Shown here: positions 27,204-40,380 of the stretch, in pieces
How positions within the stretch are numbered: the stretch's first letter is position 1
Layout of the letters: each line of letters starts with the position of its first letter
Origin: Haliotis cracherodii
Taxonomy: Eukaryota
Assembly (NCBI RefSeq): GCF_022045235.1
Contig: NW_027266268.1
Span: 6,820,001-6,884,000 of the forward strand
Direction: 5' to 3'
DNA: 64,000 nucleotides
Position numbers and translations under genes: made by a program
Notes under the pieces: model-generated
Told to the model about the DNA's origin: nothing
Database searches by the model: none
The model's input: the letters and a program-made list of their open reading frames with translations, nothing else

Positions 27204-28779
27204 CTGGTTGGCTTGGAGGTCGGCTAATGTGTCAGAGTCGGGTATCCATGTGAAACAGTATGGTATCTCAGTTGGATAACACTGTAGAAGCCGCTGATGT
27301 CAATCACAGGATTGTCTGGTCCAGACTCGATTATTTACAGAACTCTGTCATATAGCTGGAATATTGCTGAGTGCAGCAACAACCACCCAACCTAGGTAAC
27401 CAAGCCGACCAGTCCTTGTTTTGTCCCCTTCATGCAAACTGTGACAACATCTACCACCTTGTGTGATGCAGCCGGGAATCGGACCACAAACCTCTCGCTA
27501 ACTTCATATTTTAAACTGAAAAAAAAAGTTATCAACAAAAGTATTTTGAAACAGTGAAAAATCTGGGACATTTCTGGGCTTTCAAAGCCATTTAATGTAA
27601 TTTTTTAACCAATCATACAGAGGCACACAATCACATTTGTTTTAGTTGAACTATAAGTTCATTGAGGGTGCGAGGTATTGTCAGTATACTGAGGTTCACT
27701 CTTTCCATGATACATATCACAATGTCATTTTTTTATGCTCGGTATATCAGGTTATTTCAAAGAGAAATTTTTGTCAAGTGTTTAATGTTTGAACTTGCCA
27801 AATACCCGGAGCGTGCATCCGGAGAATGCTTTCGAGTGTATTTATTGAATTAGTAAACATTTTGTTGTTCCAGCATCTTGTTTTGTTCCATTTGTTTTGT
27901 TCCAATTCATACAATGATGTTTCAAATTTCTTCTGAATTCAAAATTTAGAATTATACACTATATTCTGATATGTATGGCAATACAGCCTTGTGCATTGTT
28001 AAATATTGTGTGATACACTTCAAACTTCCAATACCCATCTCGAAAGTTCATCAAGATGAACAGTGACATTGTTGCACCTTGTTTTGACGTGGACACTGAT
28101 ACCAGTATTCCACAACAAGCACCACAAATTGCTTGACACAGGAAGTAGCCGGCGTTCAGCTAATGAACAACCTGACAATTTTGGTGTCACTCTCCCTCAG
28201 CCTGTATTCCTTCTGTGCAGTCTGAGTTTAAACTCAGCAATTAAATATGATCTCACACGGATGAGACGACTAAGGGAGTCAAATATTTAATCTCACCATG
28301 AGTTGGCTAAATACACTCAGTTAGTCATCCGGCCGCTAGTATTGTTGGAGCACCAAGTGGGATTCTCTTGATTCCAGGAATTGGCCACATCATAGTGCTA
28401 ATTATACAGAGTTAGGAGGGGCACTTTACAGCTTGTTTGTATTTCTGATGAATTTATCAGTCAGGTCATTCTGTTTTTGTTTTCTTGCCTGTTCGTTTCG
28501 TCACTGTGGTTTAGTACTATATCTTATGTGAGAGTTGGTACAGAATATTAAAAAAAATCATGATGTCATTAAAGCCTCCAATCACAAACATTTGAACAAG
28601 AAAACTGTGCAACATACACAAGACAAATTGCGATATTACCAATTAGAAAGAAATAAAAAAACAGATATTTGTGTTCCCTAGTCCACCACAAGTCCAAGTG
28701 AACTTTGAGCTTATTTCTGTCAAAACAAATATCAAATGTACCTTCTTTTTCAAAAGGAACAATTTGAGAAATTCAAATA

Positions 28780-29126
28780 CCATATTCGACGTAATAAGCG
28801 CCCAGAGCACTCCAAATTAGAAATAGGGGCTCTTTTTAGAATGTAATTTTTGTGAGGAGAAGTTGAAAGAATGTAAATTTCATGGTTTATGCTGACAGCC
28901 TGAAATGATACCAAAGAAAAGTCTGTGCGTATTATACACAACAGACATGTTTTCCAGAATTGAATTGCCCATAATTAAGGGTGCATATATAACCCACGAG
29001 TGTGTAGTATACACGAATAAATAAGTCTTGAGTACATTGATCAATCAGAAGGGGTGCTAATTGGGATCGTTCACTAGCCGATACATTAGCAAATATCGCC
29101 ATGGGGGCTTATTACGTCGAATACGG
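28780..29126 (+). mobile_element. MITE family M1
   Basis: TIRs with TA TSD; matches 4392-4759. Confidence 0.9.
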
Positions 29127-31245
29127 TAACTGTTTTCCACCTTAACAACATGCTTCTACATCAGTCTGTATGCTTTTCATTTACCAAACTACCACTGTGC
29201 ACCTTCATATGAGATTAATGTTCAGCATTCACTGCTAATATACCTGAAAACTGTGCTGTGCAGCAAATTGTCGCAGCTTACCTGTCAACTGCAATCTAGT
29301 TTACCTAGTCAACACCGCCTGGCGATCAGGGCAAGTAATCGGGGTCCGAGACTCCTGCTTGTGTGGCTTGAGTGGGGTGGTCACCATGGCACTCGATCGC
29401 GAGCTGGTGCACTTGAATTTTTATTCCAGCCAACCAGGTCAACCTGGCGATCAGGGCAAGTAATCGGGGTCCGAGACTCCTGCTTGTGTGACCTGTCTTC
29501 GGGAATTTTTTTACAATGAGAATCTCTCTCCGCCAAATCTTAATTAAATCTTTATATCTACGTCTTGTGTCTGTTGTTAGTCATTATAAATCTTTCTTAT
29601 CATTTGAAGAATTACAGTGCATTGGTGTTGTTTTGGCTGAAAATGAACCACATATTCTAAAGATTTAAAAAAAAATTAATTAAAATTCAATAAAATTAAT
29701 AAAATTCAAATTTTGCCAAGCAATTGCTCATGACAAAGGTCACAGTGACATGAGTGATTGTTTTCATTCCCCAAGTAGAGAGGGCCAGTAGTTTGAAAGA
29801 AAGGCAAAAACCTGAGGTGTCACTTTCTTTGTACCTTTGACCACAATGTTCGTTGCAATGGTATGAATGTACCCTGGTCCATTATTATTTTCAGTTTGAA
29901 GTTGTGAATGAATATATACTCCACCTCCCGCCAAAAAACACATGACAAGATTCCCCAGTATATATATCTACCACAGTTGAAATGGAAGGAAAGCCTGAGA
30001 TATAATTCTCTTTATTACCAGAAAAAATGGCTTCCTGAATATCCTGGAATGTCTTGACAAGTGTTTAAGTTGTGTAGGAGACTAGAAGACTAGTAATCCG
30101 GATATATATAATTATAATTAGTGTTTTCTTATCAATATTTATGTGATCACAGTTTGTTTTGTTTGAGTGTCTCAACGCACTTTTGAAATTATGTCTGAAG
30201 GTTTCAGAATGATGACTAAAAATACATCCAACAAAATTTTGAGATATTTAAAAAAAAATTTCATCATCAAGTATTGAAATTGAAATCATAAGCGTAATAA
30301 TTTCTGATTTAAAATTCAAAGCATTAAAGGCTGAGAATTTCCCAAAAGCTGAAATCCATCAATCTGCTTCCATTTAATTATTTTCCCATAAATTATATCA
30401 TCCCATGGTGGGTATTCCAATTCTTTAATTTTCACATTTATGAAATACGAGGCTGTTACTTTTATATGGGTCAGTTTCCCAAAATAAAAGCTGTGCCTTG
30501 ATTACCATAATCTGAACAAGCGAACCTCATCCTTTGTCTCGGCATACTCAGACCAGCAATCATTCTCGACCATAACGTTGGAATTTTTTCTCTCCAAAAT
30601 TTATTGAAAGTTACAAAAGTCATTATGTGATGACGAAGCACTGTTAAGGAATAATGACAAATGACATCTAGCTAGGAATCTGCAATAGCTGTCCATGGAG
30701 ATTCGTATTTCACACGAGGTCTCTTTATTCTGGTTTCGTTTCGCCATCAATCATGCATTGTTCGGAAATGTACGCTGAGTCGAATCTCTCCCTCTCACTG
30801 TCTCACACCATGGGGGGGCTTTCAGGAATGGTGGTCTGACACAAATTGCCATTTGCGGAACTCCATTGATCCCACTCTGAGAATGCCACCCTGTTGTTAG
30901 TTTGAATGTTGATATTTTAAGGTCTTAATTGTCAATCTTTCCAAGTAATGCATGGTCTTCAGGATTGGTTTCTTTGTGAGGAGGCCTAAGTCCTCTGTTT
31001 GCTATACCCTGGGTACCACCAGAAGGATAAAGGGAAATCAGAGACTATTAAATAGTGTTGTAAGAATTAATATGTTTAATATAATTGTTTTAATATATTA
31101 CATTGAATATATTATGATGTTTGTGTGATATTAAATCTACACATGGTTGTGGAATATTAATTATACTTAAAAAAATAAATAGTTTGGATCATTGGTGAGT
31201 GAGTGAGTGAGTGAGTGAGTGAGCATCATGGCTTCATAGTGAGTG

Positions 31246-31411
31246 TGGGGCGGTGGTGTAGCCTAGTGGTTAAAGCGTTTGTTCGTCATGCCGAAGACCA
31301 GGGTTTGATTCCCACATGGGTACAATTTTGTGAAGCCCATTTCTGGTGTCCCCAGCTGTGATATTGCTGGAATTTTGCTAAAAGCAGCGTAAACCCATAC
31401 TCACTCACTCA
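31246..31411 (+). mobile_element. tRNA-derived SINE family B
   Basis: Matches 25994-26154; atagtga flanks both ends. Confidence 0.9.
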
Positions 31412-31641
31412 TAGTGAATGTTGTTTTGTGTCAGCTAAGTTCCAGCTATGTCACAGCATCCTGTAAATAATCAAAACTGGCACAACTAAACCTGTGGTTG
31501 GTCATGAGCTACATTGTCTGTGCTCTGGGTGTTGCAGGACACACTACCAGTCAGGCACACATTGTAAGCGTCCATCCCTGTAGTGGACAGCTCTGACAAA
31601 CAACACAGTGTTTTGGTGAGTGCAGCATTCAACAACAAATA

Positions 31642-31981
31642 TCGTATTCGACGTAATAAGCGCCCACGACGATATTTGCTAATATAGTGGCTAGTGAACA
31701 ATCCCAAGTAACACCCCTTCCAATTTATCAATGTACACAAGACTTATTTATTCGTGTATAATACGCATTCGTGTGTTATATGCACCCTTAATTATGGGCA
31801 ATTAAATTCTGGAAAATATATCTGTCATGTATAATGTGCACAGACTTTTCTTTTGTATCATTTCAGGCTGTCAGCATAAACCACGAAATTTATGATCTTT
31901 CAACTTCAAAATTTTATTCTAATAAGAACCCCATATTTCTAATTTTGAGAGCGCCCTGGGCGCTTATTACGTCAGACATGG
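31642..31981 (-). mobile_element. MITE family M1, inverted
   Basis: Reverse complement of 4392-4759; TA flanks. Confidence 0.9.
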
Positions 31982-32044
31982 TAAGCTCACCCTTTCTTAC
32001 TCCCCAGATCTGTTCTCAATTTGAGTGTACCCGTTTCATTTCAG

Positions 32045-32378
32045 GGTCCAATTGCCAGAGCAACATAGATGACTGTAAGTCTGGCCCTTGTCAACATGGT
32101 GGCACGTGCATGGACGAAGTCAACGCCTTCCGCTGCCAATGTCTGAGCGGGTACACTGGATCTATATGTGAGAGCGAGGTTGATGAATGTGGGTATGGGT
32201 TCTGCCAAAATGGAGCCACCTGCACGGATGCTTTCAACGACTATAGCTGCACATGCTCGGGAGGATGGACAGGGAAGAACTGCAGTGCGGACATTGACGA
32301 ATGTGCAACAGCACCGTGTGCTAATGGTGCAACTTGCATCAACCTCGTCAATCAGTATCGGTGTGCGTGCACTCCCGG
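32045..32378 (+). CDS. Exon 2, EGF 1-3 (GSNCQSNIDDCKSGPC...CACTPG)
   Basis: tttcatttcag| acceptor, GG|gtaggt donor, phase 1-2. Confidence 0.95.
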
Positions 32379-32630
32379 GTAGGTGGTCTGAAACCTGTGT
32401 TCGTGTCAATTTCAATTGACAGATGCATCCACTGACTTCTAATAGACTTGGTTTTTCCTGTTAAAGAAGGTTCCCTTGGGAAACTTTTAAAACTTTGATC
32501 ATCTAAATTGTTATTTTGAAGTGAAACACTGTTTGATTTCATTGCTTTCGTTTAATGTCATGGATGTAATGATGCAGATAGTTGTGTTACAAGCAGCATC
32601 TGCTCAGACCAAAGACCAGCCTTGGATCAG

Positions 32631-32736
32631 GGCCCGGTTCTACGAAGCGATCTTAGTGCTACGATTGTTGTAAATCTATGTTTAAGTAATGAAGTTACAA
32701 TCCTCTTAGCATTACGATTGTTTTGTGGAACAGGCC
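32631..32736. mobile_element. Short palindromic MITE (GGCCC termini; PIF/Harbinger-like)
   Basis: Fold-back structure; relatives at 37620-37730 and 42616-42722. Confidence 0.75.
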
Positions 32737-32972
32737 CTTGAATCCTTTTTATGTCCTCAACAACCTCTTTGATCGAGACGTTTTTGTGTTCCCAGTGAAA
32801 ATGTCCACATAAATGAATTTCCAAAGGGACAGTTCATTGTTTATCAAGTAATATGAGTTGCGGGTGTGAATAGCGGGTTACTGGGTTTTACAAGTGTACA
32901 GTTGACAAGGAAGAAAGTGCCATGATAGATTAACTTTAGTCATATTAAAGATTCTGGCGTTCTTGAACTTCA

Positions 32973-33135
32973 GGGCAGTGGGGATAGCCTAGTGGTTAAA
33001 GCATTCGCTCGTCACGCCGAAGACTCGGGTTCGATTCCCAACATGGGTACAATGTGTAAAGCCCATTTCTGGTGTCCCCTGCCGTGATATTGCTGGAATA
33101 TTGCTAAAAGCTGCGTAAAACCATACTCACTCACT
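32973..33135 (+). mobile_element. tRNA-derived SINE family B
   Basis: Box A/B, TSD cttgaacttc. Confidence 0.92.
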
Positions 33136-34187
33136 CTTGAACTTCTTTGGAGTCGCATTTAAGTGACCTGTTGTTGCATGATGTATCTCAGTGTAGATCA
33201 GTTCACATATGTATTAGATGTGAAAACAAGTTTCTTAGGGACAGGTCATTTATTACAGGGGTATGACCCTCCCCTAATGCTGTCATATTTTTCGATGACC
33301 CAATGTCCTTGTAAATTTTCTTCATGAACATCCTTGAAAAAATATAACGCAAAAGCACTGTATATTTATTTTTTTTAATGTCAATTTTTGACATGACCTT
33401 CCCTTCCATCTCTGTATACATGAGGACAAGAAACCTTTTTGAATAACAGCATATTAATTATTTGTAATGACGGTACAGGTCTACGTCTTACCACTGACAA
33501 CAATAAGGAAGTTGTTGCCATAAATATTTCATCACTTCGTCTTCTTACATCTTCTAAATGCCAGTCAACGGCTTCATCTGTATATCATAAACAAACCATA
33601 CCACAAAATCCATCTTACTTGGATACCATGATTCACCACGACTTAAAAGCTCTCCAGCCATCTAAAATGTACAGTAGTCTAACACAATCACTGCTCGGAG
33701 ACCCATCAACTGTTCACCCCTATAATCTGATTTGTGTCACTTGAAAGTTTTTTGAAAAAAAAAATCAATAATTATTTCAACGTGAATAATTTGTAGAAAG
33801 TCCTTCATGTTATTGATTTTCTTTGTTTGGGTTCTAATTCAATTAGTCTGTTTCAGGATGTAGATTTTTTTATAATGTTAACTTCAGGCCATCAAAACAG
33901 AGATCTCCACACAAAGACACAGGGCTGTGATAAGGTTACACAGAACATGAAGGCTGTCAGGGCTCATTATCATCAAATGAGAAACAAGGGAACATTTTAC
34001 ATTAAGCTTTTGTTTATGTTAATTTACAGGTGCAGGATTGAAGTTTCAATAGTGTTTTTAGTTGTCTCAGAATTGTATCAGAATCCTAGTGGATGTGGAA
34101 AAGCAATATCAGTCTGCAACTTTAGTCACTAGACCGAAGCCTGAGTCTAGTAAAATTCTGTTGGACTGGTAAGCTCAGGTAATAATA

Positions 34188-34188
<1 letters not shown>

Positions 34189-34256
<68 letters not shown>
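34189..34256. repeat. (TA)n microsatellite
   Basis: Direct reading. Confidence 0.98.
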
Positions 34257-34260
<4 letters not shown>

Positions 34261-34411
34261 TATAAAATAACACTAAATTCTGCTGAAATGATGCTAAGAG
34301 ACAAACGTTTTTGGCACAGACTGCAACTTCCCTTTTGCCCGGCACTAGAGAGATGGCACTCCCAACACAGGTTGGGGCTATAAATAGATTCAGATAAGCC
34401 TAGTAGGAGGA

Positions 34412-34670
34412 GGGGGCGCTGGTGGCCCAGTCATCTAAGGCGCCACAATTCGCCGTGCAGAGTTGCATCCCTTGGGCATGCCAGAAACCTATGATTGTGG
34501 GTTCGAATCCCGGTTCGCCCCAATTATGTTTCTAGGTTTGTCAGCACCATATCCTTGCTCGTGGGTTTCACTGAGGTTTTAACGTCTGAGACCTGCATCA
34601 CTTCGGGCTTTCCTCTGACATTAAGCTGGAATAATGTTAAAAGCAGCGTTAAACCCAACTCACTCACTCA
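34412..34670 (+). mobile_element. tRNA-derived SINE family C (long A-B box spacer, V-domain-like ctttcctc segment)
   Basis: Box B ggttcgaatcc, (CACT)n tail, imperfect TSD ctag(ta)ggagga; partial copies at 21090-21275, 22048-22195, 24530-24720(-), 36425-36570, 41575-41815, 56985-57080(-). Confidence 0.85.
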
Positions 34671-35319
34671 CTAGGGAGGAAGTCCATTAGACTGAGTGTT
34701 CAATGGAACCTCCATTGTCTCAAAGTCAGGATCTATAAAAGTTGAGTTAAATGTTGTTTTAATTAGGGAAATAGGCTCTTTGATTGGCTTAACTTTAAAA
34801 CATTTCAATGACGAATTGATTGAATTATTCATGGTTTTAGAGTACAAATAAAAGAAGAAAAAAGCTGGAAAAATTGATGATGCAAAGAAGACTTTAAATG
34901 TCGTTTCATTGTTAGATCCGAATGACAAGTCGACCACACAATATCTGACTTGGAGGGTGATATGTGGAAATCAATACCATAACCACGAGATGAGAATTGA
35001 GTGCTGTCAAACAACATTTGCTGTTTTTAAATTGATTTTTTAAATTTGGTAGCATCACTGTAAAATCTGGGGAGAATGTACTAAATGTCACATGACCTGT
35101 AGTTCGAGGCGGAATGCCAATAACATTAAAAAATGGAATATATGTCTGAAAAAAACTATTTTTTTTATTCTGCTTACTTCAAATGTACATATTCACCAAA
35201 ATAATATTGTGGAAGAGTGATCAAACCATTTAATAAACACTACACACCTGACAACATGTTAAAATAACTTCTTAAAAAACAATTATCCATAACAGTTTTA
35301 TGGACTTGATAATGTGTTT

Positions 35320-35827
35320 GAACAGTGAGTGTTATATTTTCTGTTGTAATTGAGTATTTAATGTATGAAAATATTAACATTCGAAACCTCTGGCATCCAA
35401 ATGAAATTTTCAGGTATCAAATGCTCAATAATGCCTGCAAATCTGAGAACACATGATGTGTATATCCTCAGCTAGAGCTGCACTGTCTATGAACAGTGAG
35501 TGTTGTATTTTCTGTTGTTATTGAGTATTTAAAGCTTGAAAATATTAACATTTGAAACCTCTGGCATCCAAATGAAATTTTCAGGTATCAAATGCTCAAT
35601 AACGCCTGCAAATCTGAGAACACATATTGTGTATATCCTCAGCTAGATCTGCACTGTCTATGAACAGTGAGTGTTATATTTTCTGTTGTTGTTGAATATT
35701 TAATACATGAAAATATTAACATTTGAAACCTCTGGCATCCAAATGAAATTTTCAGGTATCAAATGCTCAATAACGCCTGCAAATCTGAGAACACATATTG
35801 TGTATATCCTCAGCTAGATCTGCACTG
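35320..35827. repeat. 171-bp tandem repeat, 3 copies
   Basis: gaacagtgag at 35320, 35491, 35662. Confidence 0.95.
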
Positions 35828-35901
35828 AAGATTATAGTACCAATTATCCCTTTAAAACAACAGTGGCTTGAGTTAAGTACATACCTGCAGAAAATACTAT
35901 A

Positions 35902-36071
35902 CAGTAAACTACGTTTATAACGAACATGTTTATAATGAACTGCCGGATATAATGAACAGTCTGTTTTATTCCTGGTCAGTATATATGCTGTATATATGCT
36001 TATAACAAATTACTGTTATAACGAACTAAAATTAGTGGTCCCTTTGAGTTCGTTATAACTGTAGTTGACTG
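35902..36071. mobile_element. MITE with CAGT...ACTG termini and TA TSD (pogo/Tigger-like)
   Basis: cagtaaactacgtttataacgaac / gttcgttataactgtagttgactg; right-end fragment at 57221-57257. Confidence 0.85.
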
Positions 36072-36110
36072 TATTAAATTCATGTTGATGCTCTGCCTTC
36101 CCTTCAACAG

Positions 36111-36346
36111 GTACACAGGGCTGAGATGCGTGGAGGATATTGACGAGTGTGAGGGGACACCGTGTCTGAACGGAGGTACCTGTGTAGATGCAGTCAATGA
36201 CTATACCTGTGCGTGCCCCCCTGCCTGGACAGGTAAAAGGTGTGATGTGGAGGTTAACGAATGTGATTCCTCACCTTGTCGGAACAATGCTTCCTGTGTG
36301 GATCAGATTGGATTTTACCGATGTACCTGTGAGGCTGGATATACAG
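36111..36346 (+). CDS. Exon 3, EGF 4-5
   Basis: ccttcaacag| acceptor, ACAG|gtgagt donor, phase 2-1, YTGLRCVEDIDECEGTPC. Confidence 0.95.
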
Positions 36347-36794
36347 GTGAGTTCTAACACACAGTAGCACAATGTAATAGTTGGAATGGGGACACTGACG
36401 GCTTAGTCAGGTATTTTGCTGTTTTTAGGTTAATCAGCAACATACCCGTGATCATGGGTTTCACCAAAATTGTAAACTTCTGAAGACCTGCATCACTTCG
36501 GGCTTTCCTCCCACATTAAGTTGTTATGCCATGGTATTACTACATTTCAAAACAGGATTAATCCAAACTCCACTCCTCTCCTCTCCCCTCCACTCCACTC
36601 CACTCCACTCCACTCCACTCCACTGAGCTGCGCGATATGGTGGTAACGTTCAACATTCTACAGCAGTCCCCAGACCGACCAGTCAGACATTCTCCTGCAG
36701 TCATTTGAGACTGCCACAGCTCTAAGATTGCTTGTGGATTGGTGCCAGGTGTTAGACCAAGAGATCTTCAGTTTGGCCACCTCTAGCACATGAA

Positions 36795-37475
36795 CTACTG
36801 GAGAATGTCTGACTGGCTGGTCCAGTGACTGCATGAGAATGTCTGACTGGCTGGTCCAGTGACTACAGGACTGCAGTAGAATGTCTGCCTGGCAGGTCCA
36901 GGGAATGCAGGAAAATGTCTGCCTGGCAGGTCCAGAGACTGCAGGACTGCAGGAAAATGTCTGCCTGGCATGTCCAGAGACTGCAGGACTGCAGGAAAAT
37001 GTCTGCCTGGCAGGTCCAGGGACTGCAGTAGAATGTCTGCCTGGTTGGCCCAGGGAAGTAGAATGTCCAGTGACTGCATGAGAATGTCTGACTGGCCGGT
37101 CCAGAGACTGCAGGACTGCAGGATAATGTCTGACTGGCCAGTCCAGGGAATGCGTGAGAAAGTCTGCCTGGCCGGTCCAGGGAATGCAGTAGAATGTCTG
37201 CCTGGCATGTCCAGAGACTGCAGGACTGCAGTAGAATGTCTGCCTGGCATGTCCAGAGACTGCAGGACTGCAGGAGAATGTCTGCCTGGCCGATCTAGGG
37301 GCTGCAGTAGAATGTCTGCCTGGTCGGTCTAGGGTCTGCAGTAGAATGTCTGCCTGGCCGATCTAGGGGCTGCAGTAGAATGTCTGCCTGACCGGTCTAT
37401 TGTCTGCAGTAGAATGTCTGCCTGGCTGGTCCAGAGACTGAGGGACTGCAGTAGAATGTCTGCCTGGCCAGTCAA
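36795..37475. repeat. 33-41 bp minisatellite (gactgcagtagaatgtctgcctggcaggtccag)
   Basis: Direct reading. Confidence 0.92.
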
Positions 37476-40380
37476 GTGACTTCTCCATCAGTTAACAGCC
37501 AGGAGGAAACACGGACATGAGGACATCGAGAGGGAAATAGCCTATTACTGTGCGCTGCAGGCCACGCTGACCTCTGATGACCCTGGTATTGACCACATTA
37601 CTGCATCAATTCTACCCCAGCTTTGCTCCATTTCACAAAGCAATCATAGCACTGTGATTGTCATATTTCCCATACTTTAACATAGACGTACGACTGTCGT
37701 AGTGCTACAACTGCTTCATGAAATTGGCCCTAGGTTCTCAGGACTCTCTGATACACAGAAGCTCTTCCTTCCATGATGACCCTTTTGTACTGCATCAAGT
37801 CTGTTCCTAGGTCCTTCCATGATGTGCACAACTTTTCTCATTCCTAGTTTTACAGGTGAACAAAGTCTTAAGTATTGCATCCAATCCAAGTCGGTAATAC
37901 AGGGTTAGGGTGAAATGACTCTCAGATTCCGCTTGACAAATGCTAACGAAATCACAGATGTCTCACTCGCTAGTTGTAAATCTCTCTGTTCCAATTACCT
38001 TGGAGTGAGTGAGTGAGTGAGTGAATGAGTTAGTACTTAAATGTTTCATTGGCAATATTTCAGCTATTGTCATTGTCTGTCTTGAAATTAGATACATTTG
38101 TCACATATATACCTAAATAGGTTAAAGATATGAATGTTTATTAGGATGAACAATATCGAAATAAAATGTTTTTCGCATATGAACTACAAATCTGCACAGC
38201 CGCCTGTTATCATCCCGTGAGAAGCCTTGGAATCATGTTCATGATAATAAATCTCTCCATAGCTGGTAGGCTTCAGAATAATGTCGCTAATCAGCACCAC
38301 GTTCTTGCGTCCTCCAGTTCACACCCAGTGCCTTAGGGGTCACACTTCTTGTCACACAATAACCTGAAGGTGATATCTATAGTCTTCACTTTGCTTGTAG
38401 AATACTTGTGTTTGTAGCAGCATCAGCTTCATATGAGAAGTATGTGGGTTTGTAAGAAGGCGTTGTCAGGAGATGTTACATGGTCAGTTTTTGGTGTAAT
38501 GATGCTAATCAGTCCCTTCTTGAGCCATGCTTTCCGTTTTTCTTCATCGATTGCAAATTGCGACATATTTATTCGCCTCAAAGTTTAAACATGGTAAGGG
38601 AAGATTATGTACCAACGAAATTAACACTCAAACTTTGTTCTTCTGGGTAGTACCGAAGTGTTTTGCGAGAATTATCTGATGAGTGCGTTTTCACACCACT
38701 TTTAGCCACTTCTATCAATATCATTGTGGGGACACTAGAAATGGGCTTTACACATTGAACCCATGTGTGGAATCAAACCTGGGTCTTCGGTGTGAAGAGT
38801 GATTGCTTTAACCACTCTACCACCCTACCGCTCAGCTCACTAAGGGTGGTTACGGGGTTTGACCTGGCTGATTAAGAGTCATTAAACTCAGATTGTGTGG
38901 ACCTGGTTTGGCTGGTCTAGAGTCAGTTCTGTCATGGCTGTCTTGGTGCACATAGGTCACAAGGCTGATGACGTTAATCACACTCATCCAACTCACCCAA
39001 CTCACCCACCCAACACTGTGCCTACTTATATGAAATACATCCCGAACTGACATGACAAGATATGTCATTTCCAAAAGACAAATATGTTGAAGTACCCATA
39101 ATGAATCGTGACATTTAATCCATTTAGTCAGCAAACATTCACCAGGACTGTCCAGCATCCCCCAATACGTCTCCGATAGCGATAAACCTTTCTATTAACC
39201 CCTTCCTGGCTGCGGAGTAACTGACTGGAGCTAGCAACGTGCATACTGGCATGTCTTGGAGGAGATGTAAAGCCACTATATACAAATTATGTGGAAAAAC
39301 TTTGGAAAAATGTTCCTATGCAGAGTAGTCAATTTCAATTATTTCTAGCTTGCCTTGAATATAACTAGACAATAGGATTATGGGAAGACAGCTACAGTCA
39401 AACACTGTTGTGTCAAACTTTGATGTGTCAAACTTACGGTTGTCTCAAAGTAAAAGCTTGGTCTTTGCATATTCCTTCTTTATTATAATTCCTAAAGATT
39501 TAAGAGTTTGTTTAATCTCGTGTTATATTTTATATGAGCTTGTGATGCAAGTTGAATATGTGAGCTGTTTGTAATTTGGGATGTTTATATAATATTCTTA
39601 TTGCTCAGTCTTCATGCCAATCAGGAAATGTTTGCCAACTTCATGTTTTGGTTGAGTCGATCCTCGGATAACTCAAAGTATTTACTGGAAGTCACTTCCA
39701 CTTTAACACAAATGTGTGTGACTGTATTTCAAATGCCGCTCCTGAGATAACGGTTCCTGGATGTCTTGAGAGAGAGGTTGGCAGTGAGAGAGGGTCAGCC
39801 TCACTGATAATGACCAGATATTGACCAGACCCGGCCTTACATGGTAAGGAGGTCACTCTAAGGTCCCAACTGATTTGGTTTAAACAATTAACGAAGATAC
39901 CCAACACGAGGCATGCAGGCGGACTCTCAATCAATGTCCTCAAGATGAGTTCATCACAACTCTCCTGCCTGGTAGTGAAGCTTTAAACTTGGGTTAACCC
40001 TTTTCGCATTGTGAACTGGCCACAGTGTGGTCAGTCTGAATAGACCTGGTGTGTCCTGTCATTGTGTGGTCTGTCTGTGTGATTGGTAGTGTGGATACAC
40101 AATTTAGATTACTGAAAGTAATTTAACCCTTTCAACTGCAATGATAATCGATATATCGTGATGTGCTGCTTTAATTTGATTAACCCTTATGAACCTGGAG
40201 TGAGGAAGGTGAAGGGTTTGCATGGTTTGTTCCATGTGAAAGATTACTACTCAACCCGATACTTTCATATTGCCATTGTTAATCTGCTGATTGTTAATCT
40301 ATGAATGAAACGGGTGGTCCTTAATTTCTTTTAGCTTGTATAATTTACACCACTTGACATGTACTGGTACTGAAAATTAC

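Noticed and set aside
31538-31563. Candidate micro-exon (ttgcag|...|gtaagc)
   Set aside because: It would end in phase 0, incompatible with exon 2, and it lies in what looks like a decayed repeat
34379-34412. TATA box 33 bp upstream of a SINE C copy (possible master element)
   Set aside because: The copy has a TSD and a deletion in its tail region; the TATA belongs to the pre-existing flank
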